A stretch of DNA of 64,000 bases. It comes from a bacterium. Lineage in GTDB: Bacteria > UBA8248. The notes beneath the pieces were generated by a model. That model was not told the origin of the DNA. It saw nothing but the letters and a program-made list of their open reading frames with translations, and did no database searches. The stretch spans positions 480,001 to 544,000 of the forward strand of contig OZ241875.1 of NCBI GenBank assembly GCA_965203325.1, given 5' to 3'. Shown here piece by piece: positions 42,633 to 52,170 of this stretch. Positions within the stretch are counted from its first letter, which is position 1, and every line of letters starts with the position of its first letter. The position numbers were made by a program, and so were the translations under genes.

Positions 42633-43949
42633 TTAATACTCGAACACTGTGGGGCCGTCCACTTTTTCGCAGAGCGCGGCGACGGCGGCGCGGGCGGCGC
42701 CGAGACGCCATTCGCGCTCGGCCTCGGGCGTCCGGGAGGGGTCGCCGAATGGATGATGGAAGTGGCCGGCGCGGTTGTTGACGATGCGGTTGACCCCGAT
42801 GTCGCGCGCCACATCGGGCAGACAGGTGACGATGACGGTGGGGATGCCCTCCCGCTCCAGGGCTCTCGCCAGCGCAGCCCCGCTGCGCGTGCCGGTGCCT
42901 CACGTGGCGGGGAGCACGACGCCCTCCACCCCGGTCTTTTTGAGCTCGGCGGCCCAGGCGCGGCCGATGCCGTCCATCTCGACGAAGGCGCCGCCGTTCC
43001 CGCAGGTGCTCAGGAAATCATCGTGGAGTTCGGCGATCTCGCCCTCGTCCGCAAGACGCCGGAAGGCGTCCACGGCGAGCATGCGGTCGGGCTCCTCGTT
43101 CACGAACACGGTGTTGAAGCCCCCGTGGATCGAGATGAACGTGCCGCCCGGAAGCGCGTCTTTCCCCTCGAATGAGTAGGTGGCCCAGTTCCCGTTCCTC
43201 GATCCGGAGAAGCGATCCGGGTTGCCGGGGGGGACCATGCCGCCTTCCGATACGATGGCGATGCGGGCTTTCTTGAGGTCGGCGACGGGTTCGGGGGGCG
43301 CTATCTCTTCGAGCGTCGGGACGTCGAGTTCGGTCCGGTAGGGTTCCCCCTTGATTTTCCTCAAAATCATGTCGACGGCGCGGCGTGAGGTCGGGAGTTC
43401 TGCGATTTCGTTGTAGCGGACCCCCCGAGGGAGGTAGCCCTCCTCGGCGGCGCTTCCAATCTTATCCCCACGGGCGAGCTTGCGTCCGAGCCGTGCGGCG
43501 GCTTCCAGGGCCTCCTCCATGCCGACGGCGGAATCGGCGGCGGGGACGGTGTGGACGCCGGTTCCGGCGGCGGGAAAACCCGGATTCTCGGGGTGCATGG
43601 CGGTGACGACGGGAATCCCGGCTTCCTCCACTGCGCGGCAGACGGCGGCGCAGGCGAGCCCGTAGCGCCCGGCGTTGAAGGCGGGTCCTGCAATAAGGAG
43701 ATCGGGCGCGTATTCCTTGATGAGCGAAAGCGCTTCTGCGGAGCATGTCTCTTCGTTTTCAGCGAAAAGGCCGTCCCCCGCGAAGACGGTACCGACGACT
43801 TCTGCGTCCTCACCCAGGATTTTATCGAGCAGTACACCGGGGCCGACGGGACCAGGCCGGGCGGACACGGGATGACCGCTCCTCTCCTCGCCCCCGACGC
43901 CCGCGAAGAACTGGTTCAAGTAGTGAACGACCCGAAGTGTAGCGCTCAT
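42633..43949 (-). CDS. grdB: Glycine/sarcosine/betaine reductase selenoprotein B family (Sec at UGA 42900-42902), 438 aa
   Basis: VVHYLNQFFAGVGGEE, AGPAFNAGRYG, IHGGF; homology continues past UGA: PAT-U-GTGTRSGAALARALEREGIPTV...GVNRIV...HPFGDP...VFEY*. Confidence 0.9.
42872..42888 (-). promoter_or_regulatory. SECIS-like hairpin of grdB
   Basis: mRNA GCGCAGC-GGG-GCUGCGC beginning 11 nt after the UGA, with G-rich apical loop. Confidence 0.65.
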
Positions 43950-44028
43950 GACTTGGCCTCCTGATATGGATTCATTCAAAACCCATTTTAGCACGCGCGG
44001 CGAACACCTGGTTGAACGACTCCCGCCC

Positions 44029-45312
44029 TCAATAATCCTTGCCCACCATGTTGTTGATGTCCTTCGCCCACTCGTTGGCGTAGTAGTCGCTGTCGATCAG
44101 GGTGAAGGCCTCGCGGGTGTTGACGCGCTTGCCGTTGTAGAACTCGACGACTTCCGAACCGATGACCCGCTCCACCGCGGGGGCGTCGATGCGCTCGCCC
44201 TGCATGCCCTTGGAGATGACGGCGTCGGCTTCGGGCACATGAAAGACGAGCGGGAACTCGCCCGAGCCCGGCCGGCCCACCTCGTAGATGATCGGAACGG
44301 CGCGCACGCCCATCTGTTCGAGCGCCTGGACGGTGAGCCAGTAATCCACCGTGGAGTTGCCGCCGCCCTCGAAGGCGAGGACCGCGCCATCCGCCTTCAA
44401 GAGGTTGGCGAGCTTGGCGACGTATTGCGCCGAGCGCTCCTTGAGCGCCTGGTTGTCGTGGTGGCCGCGCGTGATGATCACCCCTGCGAAATTGAGGTCC
44501 ACCCCGTGTCGGCGGTAGAGCTCGTAGATGAGCGGCATGTTGCAGTGCAGGTAGGTCGGCGCCTTCTGCTGCGTCTTGTAGTTCGCCCCCACCACCGCGC
44601 CGTCGAGCATCTCGTTGGGGTGAATGAGCGTGGGAAGCGAATCCCCCAGGTTCCTGCCGTACATGAACGTCTGCACCATGGACGCCTGGTGCATGACCTG
44701 ATCGACGAAGACGACCCGGGGGAGAGCGGGGTCGACCTCGCCGAGTTCGAAGGTTTCCAGGCGAACGGGTTCGAGTTCCGCCGTGCGCTCGGCCAGCCGG
44801 GACGCGATTTTCAGCGTCGCCAGGCGAACGGCGTCGTCGTGCGCTTCGTTCGATGCGCCCTCCAAAGGCTCGTAGCAGGCGACGAGGTTCGCGGTCTCTG
44901 AATTCGTGCAGTGCACGGTCCCCGGGCCGGACATGTCGATGATCCCTTCCCGGAAAGTCATGATGCCCGTCATGGGACCCAGGAAATAAGTGGAGCTGAT
45001 GACGCACATCCCGGCGAGCTTGTGGGTGCGGCCCTCTCCCGCTGTCTTCGCCGGGCCGAGAAATCCCGGAAATGCGCATGAGCGCCCGTTTACCTTGTAG
45101 ATAGGCTCGACCGCATCGAGGACGTTCGTGATGCGCACCGACTCGCCCGGTATGGCCGCGTGAAAGCTCACGTCCTTGAGACCGCCGTCTTCGAGCGCCA
45201 GTTCGCGGAGTTCATCGGCATCCACGGTGAGCGTTTCGTCTTTGTACGCGAAGCGCTTCCCGATGATGATTCTGGAAACGGGAAATATACCCATCTCGAG
45301 TCGCATGGACAT
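44029..45312 (-). CDS. Glycine/sarcosine/betaine reductase component B partner subunit (GrdE/GrdG/GrdI family)
   Basis: MRLEMG, PGESVRITNVLDAVEP, GEGRTHKL, IIDMSGPG, HPNEMLDGAVV, PTYLH, EGGGN. Confidence 0.9.
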   Translation of the reverse strand: MSMRLEMGIFPVSRIIIGKRFAYKDETLTVDADELRELALEDGGLKDVSFHAAIPGESVRITNVLDAVEPIYKVNGRSCAFPGFLGPAKTAGEGRTHKLAGMCVISSTYFLGPMTGIMTFREGIIDMSGPGTVHCTNSETANLVACYEPLEGASNEAHDDAVRLATLKIASRLAERTAELEPVRLETFELGEVDPALPRVVFVDQVMHQASMVQTFMYGRNLGDSLPTLIHPNEMLDGAVVGANYKTQQKAPTYLHCNMPLIYELYRRHGVDLNFAGVIITRGHHDNQALKERSAQYVAKLANLLKADGAVLAFEGGGNSTVDYWLTVQALEQMGVRAVPIIYEVGRPGSGEFPLVFHVPEADAVISKGMQGERIDAPAVERVIGSEVVEFYNGKRVNTREAFTLIDSDYYANEWAKDINNMVGKDY

Positions 45313-45321
45313 CGTTGCCCC

Positions 45322-45774
45322 CTACCCTGCCGCGCGCATATCGGCGAGATCGCTTTCTATCTGCTCCAGATCGAGCACCATCTCCATCATGAGAAGTTTA
45401 TCGGCATAAACGTCCTCGGGAACCTGTGCCCGCACAGTTTCTTCCAGGATATGGAAAACGGGGAGTCCCAACGGGACTCCCGCCAGGGGCCCGGCCCAGC
45501 TCGGGTCCCCGGTGGTCAGCGTTTCGACAGCGAGCCGAAGGCCTTCACCGGGCATTCCCAACACCACCATCAGGTTCTCCGGGCCGATTTCATCCGCTAT
45601 CGACTTGATGGCGGCCTGGTTCTCCAGGTCCATGGCGCCCGCGGAGGTTCAGACGAAACACTCCGTCTTCTGAAATACGACCTCCGCCCCCGCCGCTTCG
45701 AGGCACTCGGCGATCAGCGGGCCGGGAACACCGTCGCGCTCGCCCAGCGCGATCACCTTCTTTCCATCGAACAT
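45322..45774 (-). CDS. grdA: Glycine/sarcosine/betaine reductase selenoprotein A (Sec at UGA 45649-45651), 150 aa
   Basis: [36 protein letters not shown]...[21 protein letters not shown]; the ORF track shows only the post-UGA part. Confidence 0.93.
45608..45633 (-). promoter_or_regulatory. SECIS-like hairpin of grdA
   Basis: mRNA AUGG-A-CCUGG-AGAA-CCAGG-CCG-CCAU downstream of the UGA. Confidence 0.55.
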
Positions 45775-45806
45775 GAATACCCTCCACTCCCCAAAAAACG
45801 AACGAA

Positions 45807-47225
45807 TCACGCCTCTATCAGCACCGAAGCCCCGTCGGCCTGCCGGGACATCCGGCCCAGAAACAAGCTTCCTTTGGCGAGGATCATTGTACTCTCAAGG
45901 CGGCCCGCCCGCATCCTCTCGAGAGCGTGTCCGAGAAAGGGAATCCCAGCGGGAATGTGTCCCTGCGTGGGCGCGAAACCGGGCATACCGTGCGTTTCGA
46001 TGAAACCCGGTATCTCCTCGCGGGCGATCTCCCCACCCATGACCGCCAGGGCGGCCAGCATCCTGTAATTCGCAGCCGCCACGTCTCCCGCTCCCGACGG
46101 CAGCATGATCTCCGGATTGTGCAGTTCGACGGCGTACTTATCGACGCTGGTCAGCCTGCGCCCGGCGCGGGCCAGCGGGTCGCGCACGAGCGCTTCGGCC
46201 AATCCTTGCGGGGTGGAGGGCCTGCCCGCCGCGTGGCGTCCGGCGATCTCGAGATTCACACGGGGGCCATCGTCCGGATTTTTCGTGAGAAAAAACGCTA
46301 CTCCGCCCAACACGTCTTCCAGGACGGGCACCCCCTTTCCCAGATGGAAATACGCCTTCATCCCGAGCTTCGCCATCGAACCGCCGCCCACGACGACGGC
46401 GTTGCCGACGACGCCCGCCTCTATCAGGGCCGCCGCGTGCACGAGCGCATAGACCGGCGCCGCGCAGAAGGACTTCACGTCGACGCCGGCGGCATTCACA
46501 CAGCCCGCCATCTCGGCAATCGTCTTTGCGAGATTGCCGCCGCCTCGATTGTAGCGATCCCCGACCGCCTCTTCCGAGCAGCTGATGACGTACTCGATCG
46601 CTTCGGGAGCGATGTTCTCCTGTACGAGAAGGCGGCTGAGCGCGTATGCGCCGCTGGCCTTGGCCGAGAGGTTTTCGAGAAGAATGCGGGCGTCCAGGGA
46701 CTCATCCGTTTCATGATCGCGACGGGCGCACCCGATGAGTCCTCCATCCTGAGATAGCGGCAGGGCCTCGCCTCCCTCGATGCGCCGGGAAATGTCTTCT
46801 TTTCCGTATTCCTTTGAGGGTTTTTCTTTCGTGAGAAGAGCGGAGGCGGCCTCTGAATCCACTGCGCCCGGAACACGGCGCTCCTTATCGAGCAGTATCA
46901 ACCCGAACTGATCCGCAGCTTCGAGTAAGGAATAGAAAGCATCCTGCGGGAGGATTTCCCCAAAATGGCCCTCAGGCGAAGCGCCTGCGAGTGGATTCTC
47001 GTACCACGGAGCCGGGATTTCCCCTAAATTCTCCGGCGGCAGGTTGCCGATGAACACCTGATTCGGCGGGTAGCCGACCATTTCGTCAAAAGTGCGCAGG
47101 CTGGCGAATACGTCGCCCGGTGTTTGTCCCCTCCCTAAAGCCTTGCGCCAGGGCTTCGAGCCGTAGCGAACCAGATCGGGAACGTGAACGAGAACGTTCG
47201 CCGCCGCGCGCAGATACGCCGTCAT
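45807..47225 (-). CDS. grdC: Glycine/sarcosine/betaine reductase component C beta subunit
   Basis: [86 protein letters not shown]. Confidence 0.93.
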   Translation of the reverse strand: MTAYLRAAANVLVHVPDLVRYGSKPWRKALGRGQTPGDVFASLRTFDEMVGYPPNQVFIGNLPPENLGEIPAPWYENPLAGASPEGHFGEILPQDAFYSLLEAADQFGLILLDKERRVPGAVDSEAASALLTKEKPSKEYGKEDISRRIEGGEALPLSQDGGLIGCARRDHETDESLDARILLENLSAKASGAYALSRLLVQENIAPEAIEYVISCSEEAVGDRYNRGGGNLAKTIAEMAGCVNAAGVDVKSFCAAPVYALVHAAALIEAGVVGNAVVVGGGSMAKLGMKAYFHLGKGVPVLEDVLGGVAFFLTKNPDDGPRVNLEIAGRHAAGRPSTPQGLAEALVRDPLARAGRRLTSVDKYAVELHNPEIMLPSGAGDVAAANYRMLAALAVMGGEIAREEIPGFIETHGMPGFAPTQGHIPAGIPFLGHALERMRAGRLESTMILAKGSLFLGRMSRQADGASVLIEA

Positions 47226-47279
47226 ATCGCCCGCCCGAAAAGGAGGAAGGGAAGTTTACGGGCGGTCGCCGTCACCGCC

Positions 47280-48065
47280 CTATCCCGCGGTGTAGCCGCC
47301 GTCGGCATAGAGAATGTGGCCGGTGTAGAAGTCGGACGCGCGCGATGCGAGGAACAGGAGCGGCCCGGCCAGATCCTCGGGTTCGCCCAACCGCCCTTTC
47401 GGGACCCGGCTCACGATGTTCTCGCGGGTCTTCACCGCCTTGGGCGCGTCGGTGAACATCCAGTCCGTGAGCACCGAGCGGAAGACGGTCGGTCCGACCG
47501 CGTTGACGGTGATCCCCGTCGGCCCCAGTTCGCAGGCGAGCGCCTTCGTGATCCCGTCGACCGCCGCTTTCGACGCGCAATAGGCGGTGTAGCCCGCCGG
47601 GTGGCCGAGAATCCCGCGCGTAGAGGAGACGAGGACGATCTTGCCGCCGTCTCCCTGCGCCTTCATCCGCCGCGTCGCGGCGCGCGCCAGAAGCCACGAC
47701 TGCGTGACGTTGGCGTCCATGACGTCGGCGAACGCATCGGGCGCCATCTCCTCGATCATCCCTACCCTGTTGATCCCCGACGCCACGACCAGTATGTCCA
47801 GGCGGCCATAGGCCTCGACGGCCTTCTCCACCATGGCGTCGGCGATAGCTTCGGTTTCGGGGCGCGCGTTCACCACTTCGACCGACGCTCCCAGCTCCCG
47901 GCACTCGCCCGCAACGGCTTCGAGCACGTCGGAAGTGCCGGCGGTCAGCGTGAGGCGGCACCCGGCCCCGGCCAGCGTCCGCGCGGCGACCGCCCCGAAA
48001 GCGCCCGAAGCGCCGGTGATGAGCGCGGATTTTCCGCTTACGTCAAAAAGTTCAGAGGGTTTCAT
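47280..48065 (-). CDS. Short-chain dehydrogenase/reductase (gluconate 5-dehydrogenase-like)
   Basis: LFDVSGKSALITGASGAFG, YCASK, TGHILYADGG. Confidence 0.9.
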   Translation of the reverse strand: MKPSELFDVSGKSALITGASGAFGAVAARTLAGAGCRLTLTAGTSDVLEAVAGECRELGASVEVVNARPETEAIADAMVEKAVEAYGRLDILVVASGINRVGMIEEMAPDAFADVMDANVTQSWLLARAATRRMKAQGDGGKIVLVSSTRGILGHPAGYTAYCASKAAVDGITKALACELGPTGITVNAVGPTVFRSVLTDWMFTDAPKAVKTRENIVSRVPKGRLGEPEDLAGPLLFLASRASDFYTGHILYADGGYTAG

Positions 48066-48251
48066 AATATGGCGTCCGAATGGGGGATCACGACGGGCGT
48101 CCCGCAGGCGTGAGAGAAGATTCCGTATGCCCCATGCTAGGTATCGAGAGGGCGGTATGTCAAGAATGCGGGGGCAAACTCGATCGATGAGGGGCTGTTG
48201 AAAAAGTCCTCTTTTCAGGGGGTGGAGGGGCATCCCTCTCGACTGAAAAGC

Positions 48252-48393
48252 ACCCCCCCTACCCCCCCTTGTCAGGGGTCAAACGCGAGTGATGAACGAG
48301 CGTTTGCATAAGCCATTGACGAGAAACACATCGTCTTGCAAAACCTCCCTCTTCGGTCGGTTTTGACCCCTGACAAGGGGGGGTAGGGGGGGT
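48252..48393 (+). mobile_element. ~140-bp MITE-like element, subfamily A, copy 1
   Basis: About 30-bp terminal inverted repeats; near-identical to 50033-50178, 58329-58477 and 61935-62068. Confidence 0.8.
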
Positions 48394-48554
48394 TGGTTTT
48401 ATGGGATTTCCCTTTCAAGGGGGGTTGTCATTACCCTCTCAGGGGATTTTTCAAAAAGCCCACTTACGGCTGTTTCGAGTAGGGATTCGGGGGTGGTGGC
48501 GATCTGGAATAACCAGCGAGAACACGGGAGAGCCGCCATTCTCGTTTCCTCGCC

Positions 48555-49430
48555 CTACCTCCTCTCCCCCGTCACGAGCCATACCCCCGTCGCCGTAAGC
48601 GCCGCGCCGACCAGCAGATGCCAGCCCAGCTGCTCGCCCAAGTAGAGCGCGCTTCCCACGACTCCGACGATGGGCGTCATGAAGAAGAACACCGATATCT
48701 TGGCGGGCGAGTAGCGGAGCAGCAGATGGCCCCAGTAGGCCAGCAGCAGCGCGCTCGCTATGACGCCCATGTAGATGACCGCGAAAATCTGCGGGCCGCC
48801 GATATGGGTGACCCCGAAATCGGGCTGGGAGGAAGAGAGGAGGAAATAGGTCGGCGCGCCGATGAGCATGGACCATCTGGCGATCGAGGTGACGTCGGAT
48901 TTGCCGAGATACCGGCGGTAGTGGATCGTCTGCGTCGCCCAGCCGGCGGCGGCGATGAGGATGTAGAAATCGGCCTGCATGGAGCCGCCCGCGTCGAGGC
49001 TGTTCGAGAAGACAGTGACGGTGCCCGCCATCGCCGTCGCGAAACCCAGTGCCCGCACGAGGGTGATGCGCTCGCCCGTGAGAAAGAGGGCGCTCAGCAG
49101 CATCACCCAGACGGGCTGCGTGTAGAGCAGCACCGAGGCGCGCGCGGCGGCGGTTCCGAACATCCCCTGGTAGAGGAACCAGACGTAGGCGTTGTGCATG
49201 CAGGCGTTCAGGATGCGGTGGCCCTTCTCCCGCCAAGGGTCGTGATAGGTCACGCTCTCGGGGATGCGCATCAGAAGCCTGTAGAGCGTGAGGGTCAGCA
49301 CCCCCGCGGCGCAGCGCAGCCACAAGAGTCCGAAGGGCGTCAGGCCCGCGTAGGCGCCCTTGATGACGGGCTGCGCCATGCCCCACACCGTCGTGAGGAG
49401 CAAGGAACCCAGCACCAGTTCGAGCGTCAT
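48555..49430 (-). CDS. EamA/DMT-family transporter
   Basis: About 10 TM segments; WG, ASVLLYTQPVWV..LFLTGER, LGEQL motifs. Confidence 0.9.
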   Translation of the reverse strand: MTLELVLGSLLLTTVWGMAQPVIKGAYAGLTPFGLLWLRCAAGVLTLTLYRLLMRIPESVTYHDPWREKGHRILNACMHNAYVWFLYQGMFGTAAARASVLLYTQPVWVMLLSALFLTGERITLVRALGFATAMAGTVTVFSNSLDAGGSMQADFYILIAAAGWATQTIHYRRYLGKSDVTSIARWSMLIGAPTYFLLSSSQPDFGVTHIGGPQIFAVIYMGVIASALLLAYWGHLLLRYSPAKISVFFFMTPIVGVVGSALYLGEQLGWHLLVGAALTATGVWLVTGERR

Positions 49431-49471
49431 GCCCGCGCCGGCGGATGATTTCGGTGAGACCGGGCGGCTGG

Positions 49472-49882
49472 TCAATCGCTCTCCCCGGACACACGGGGCC
49501 GCTCGCATATCTCGATGCGGATGTTCTCGGGGCCCTTGATGAAGGCGATCATTCGCCCGCCCACGCCTGCAGGCAAGGGCGCCATGTCGACCTCCGCCCC
49601 GCGCTCCACGAGGCGGGCGACCGCCGCCTCCACGTCGTCCACAGCGACGCCGAGATGGTCGAGGCCGTGCGTCAGCATGGGCGCCACGGCGTCCGGCTTA
49701 TCGCCGGGGCGGTATCCCCGGATGCGCACGTCCCCGTCGCCCAGTTTCAATATGGCGTAGGGCGCGCTCTTGAAGTTTTCCTCGTAGGAGATCATTTCCA
49801 GTTCGAAGACGTTCTCGAAGAAATCCGCCAGCGCGCGCACGTCGTGTGTCAGAAAATGCACGTGGTCGTATCGGTATTCCAC
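49472..49882 (-). CDS. VOC (glyoxalase-like) family protein
   Basis: YDHVHF, GLDHLGVAVDD, FIKGPENIRIE; AAAGGAG RBS. Confidence 0.9.
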   Translation of the reverse strand: MEYRYDHVHFLTHDVRALADFFENVFELEMISYEENFKSAPYAILKLGDGDVRIRGYRPGDKPDAVAPMLTHGLDHLGVAVDDVEAAVARLVERGAEVDMAPLPAGVGGRMIAFIKGPENIRIEICERPRVSGESD

Positions 49883-50032
49883 AAAAACTCCTTTCGTGAT
49901 TGTTCATATTCGCGCGGTCATATTACGCTGAACCGAGAATCCCACAGGAAGCGCCGTTTGCACAAACGATTTTCGCATTGACGGGAAAACTCCTTGGGAG
50001 CAACCCCCGGCCGCCTTGTCAGGGGATAAAGG

Positions 50033-50178
50033 CAACCCCCCCTACCCCCCCTTGTCAGGGGTCAAACGCGAGTGATGAACGAGCGTTTGCATGAGCCATT
50101 GACGAGAAATACATCGTCTTGCAAAACCTCCCTCTTCGGTCGGTTTTGACCCCTGACAAGGGGGGGTAGGGGGGGTTG
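50033..50178 (+). mobile_element. ~140-bp MITE-like element, subfamily A, copy 2
   Basis: Same TIRs and core as copy 1. Confidence 0.8.
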
Positions 50179-50252
50179 ATTCTGACGAGGGAGAGAGGTT
50201 TAGCTCACGCCGCACGGGATTTTTCAATAACTCACATTCAGAAAGGATACCC

Positions 50253-51164
50253 ATGCCGAAGATAAAAATCACCGGCGAGGAACACCATGCGCATCACGAC
50301 GGCGCCGAACTGTTCCTGTGGAGGAAGCGAAACGAGGGCCCCGAAAAACCGGGGGACGCGGTGCTCCTCGTGCACGGCTCGTCCATGGCCTCCACGCCCA
50401 CGTTCGACCTCCAGGTGAAATCGCGGCCCGGATACTCCCTGATGGACCATCTCGCCGGGCGCGGCTACGACGTCTGGTGCGTGGACTGCGAGGGCTACGG
50501 GAGGTCCACCAAATCGAGGCGGGTCTCCTGCGGCATCGAGCGCGGCGCCAGGGACGTTCTGGCGGCGGCGAACGTGATCCGGCGCGTCAGCAGAAAGAGC
50601 GCGCTTCACCTCTACGGCATCTCCTCCGGCGCCCTGCGCGCCGCCCTGTTCGCGCAGAAAAACCCCCGGCGCGTGAAGCGGCTCATCCTCGACGCCTTCG
50701 TCTGGACGGGCGAAGGAAGCCCGACCTTGAAAGAAAGGAGCAAGCGATTCCGTGGCGTGGTCTCCACGTCGAGAAGGCCCGTGAACGCGGCGTTCATCGA
50801 GAGCATCTTCACGCGCGATCATCCCGGCACGGCCTACCGTGACGTCATCCGTGAATACGCGAAGGCCATCTGCGCGCTCGACGACACGATCCCGAACGGC
50901 ACCTACATCGACATGTGCGAACGGCTGCCGCTCGTGAACCCCAAAAAAATCACCGCGCCCGTGATGATCGCGCGCGGCGAGTTCGACGGCATCGCCCATC
51001 TCGACGATCTGGTGGAATTCTTCCGGCTGCTGCCGAATCCGGACAAGCAGTTCGTGATGATGCCCGGCATCGCCCACGCGAGCCTGCAGGAGAAAAACCA
51101 CGGCATCGCCTTTCATCTCATCGAGCGCTTCTTCAGCCAGCCCGCGCCCGTTTACAGGGGCTGA
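50253..51164 (+). CDS. Alpha/beta-fold hydrolase
   Basis: LLVHGS, GYGRS, YGISSG, GEFDGIA, GIAH. Confidence 0.88.
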   Translation: MPKIKITGEEHHAHHDGAELFLWRKRNEGPEKPGDAVLLVHGSSMASTPTFDLQVKSRPGYSLMDHLAGRGYDVWCVDCEGYGRSTKSRRVSCGIERGARDVLAAANVIRRVSRKSALHLYGISSGALRAALFAQKNPRRVKRLILDAFVWTGEGSPTLKERSKRFRGVVSTSRRPVNAAFIESIFTRDHPGTAYRDVIREYAKAICALDDTIPNGTYIDMCERLPLVNPKKITAPVMIARGEFDGIAHLDDLVEFFRLLPNPDKQFVMMPGIAHASLQEKNHGIAFHLIERFFSQPAPVYRG

Positions 51165-51333
51165 AGCCGCCCGGCGGGGGGGACGCCGGGGGTAGCCTCA
51201 TTCCGCCCCCGCTTGATTCGCGCGGGGCAATGGGGCTAGATTAGGGCCATCGATTCGTACAAATGGTAGGGGCGAGAACGTCCTGTATCCGAAAGCGAAT
51301 AAATTCTTATCCCTCAAGCAGAAAGGCGCATCC

Positions 51334-52155
51334 ATGGAAACCCAGGACTGGTATTCCGTCAACAATTTCGCACCGGGCAGCTATCAAATCACCGAGGGCG
51401 GCAGGTTCAACATGCTCCTCCTCGAAGGAGACGAGAAGGCGGTCGCCATCGACGGCGGCATCGGGGTCGCGAATTTGCGGAAACTCTACGAGAGCATCAC
51501 GGACAAGCCCATCGACTTCGTCCTCACCCACACGCACTGGGACCACCTGGGCGCGGCATCGCAGTGGGACAGCGTAGGCGTGCACCCCGTCGGCAAGGAC
51601 CTTCTGGCGAATGATTTCTCGAAACTCGAGCAGGCCTTCGTGAACATGTGGAAGAACAACGGGAACACCTTCCCCGACTGGTTCGACGAGGAGGCCTACG
51701 GCATCAAGCCCGCCACGTTCGGCTGGACGCTCGAAGAGGGCGACACCTTCGACTTGGGGAACAGGAAGTTCCACGTCTACGAGACGCCCGGCCATTCGCC
51801 CTGCAGCATCTCGCTCTATGACGAGCGCGAGAAGATTCTCGTCTCGGGCGACCTGATCCGCTGCGAGGAATACCTCTTCCTGCAGGTGCCCACGGCGGTG
51901 CTCTCCGACTATGCGCCCTCGCTGCGCAAGCTCGAGAAGGTCGCCGCAGAGAACGAGGTGCGCTGGATCACCTCGGGCCACACCGACCCCTACCCGGACC
52001 CCTCCATCATCGGTGAGCTGGCGCAGAACATGGAGGAACTCGAGGCCGGCGCGCACGATCCGCCCGCCAAGGTGGACGGCGGCGCGTGGGGCGAAGTGGA
52101 CGAGTACGTGTTCCCCCGCGTCAAGGTGTGGATTCAGGATCACGCGAGAAAGTAA
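51334..52155 (+). CDS. MBL-fold metallo-hydrolase (paralog 1)
   Basis: THTHWDHLG, TPGHSP, SGD, SGH. Confidence 0.92.
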   Translation: METQDWYSVNNFAPGSYQITEGGRFNMLLLEGDEKAVAIDGGIGVANLRKLYESITDKPIDFVLTHTHWDHLGAASQWDSVGVHPVGKDLLANDFSKLEQAFVNMWKNNGNTFPDWFDEEAYGIKPATFGWTLEEGDTFDLGNRKFHVYETPGHSPCSISLYDEREKILVSGDLIRCEEYLFLQVPTAVLSDYAPSLRKLEKVAAENEVRWITSGHTDPYPDPSIIGELAQNMEELEAGAHDPPAKVDGGAWGEVDEYVFPRVKVWIQDHARK

Positions 52156-52170
52156 TCCGGGAAAAACGCC

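Noticed and set aside
42900..42902. grdB and grdA as nonsense pseudogenes
   Set aside because: Both UGAs fall exactly at the known Sec positions, homology continues in frame and SECIS-like hairpins follow
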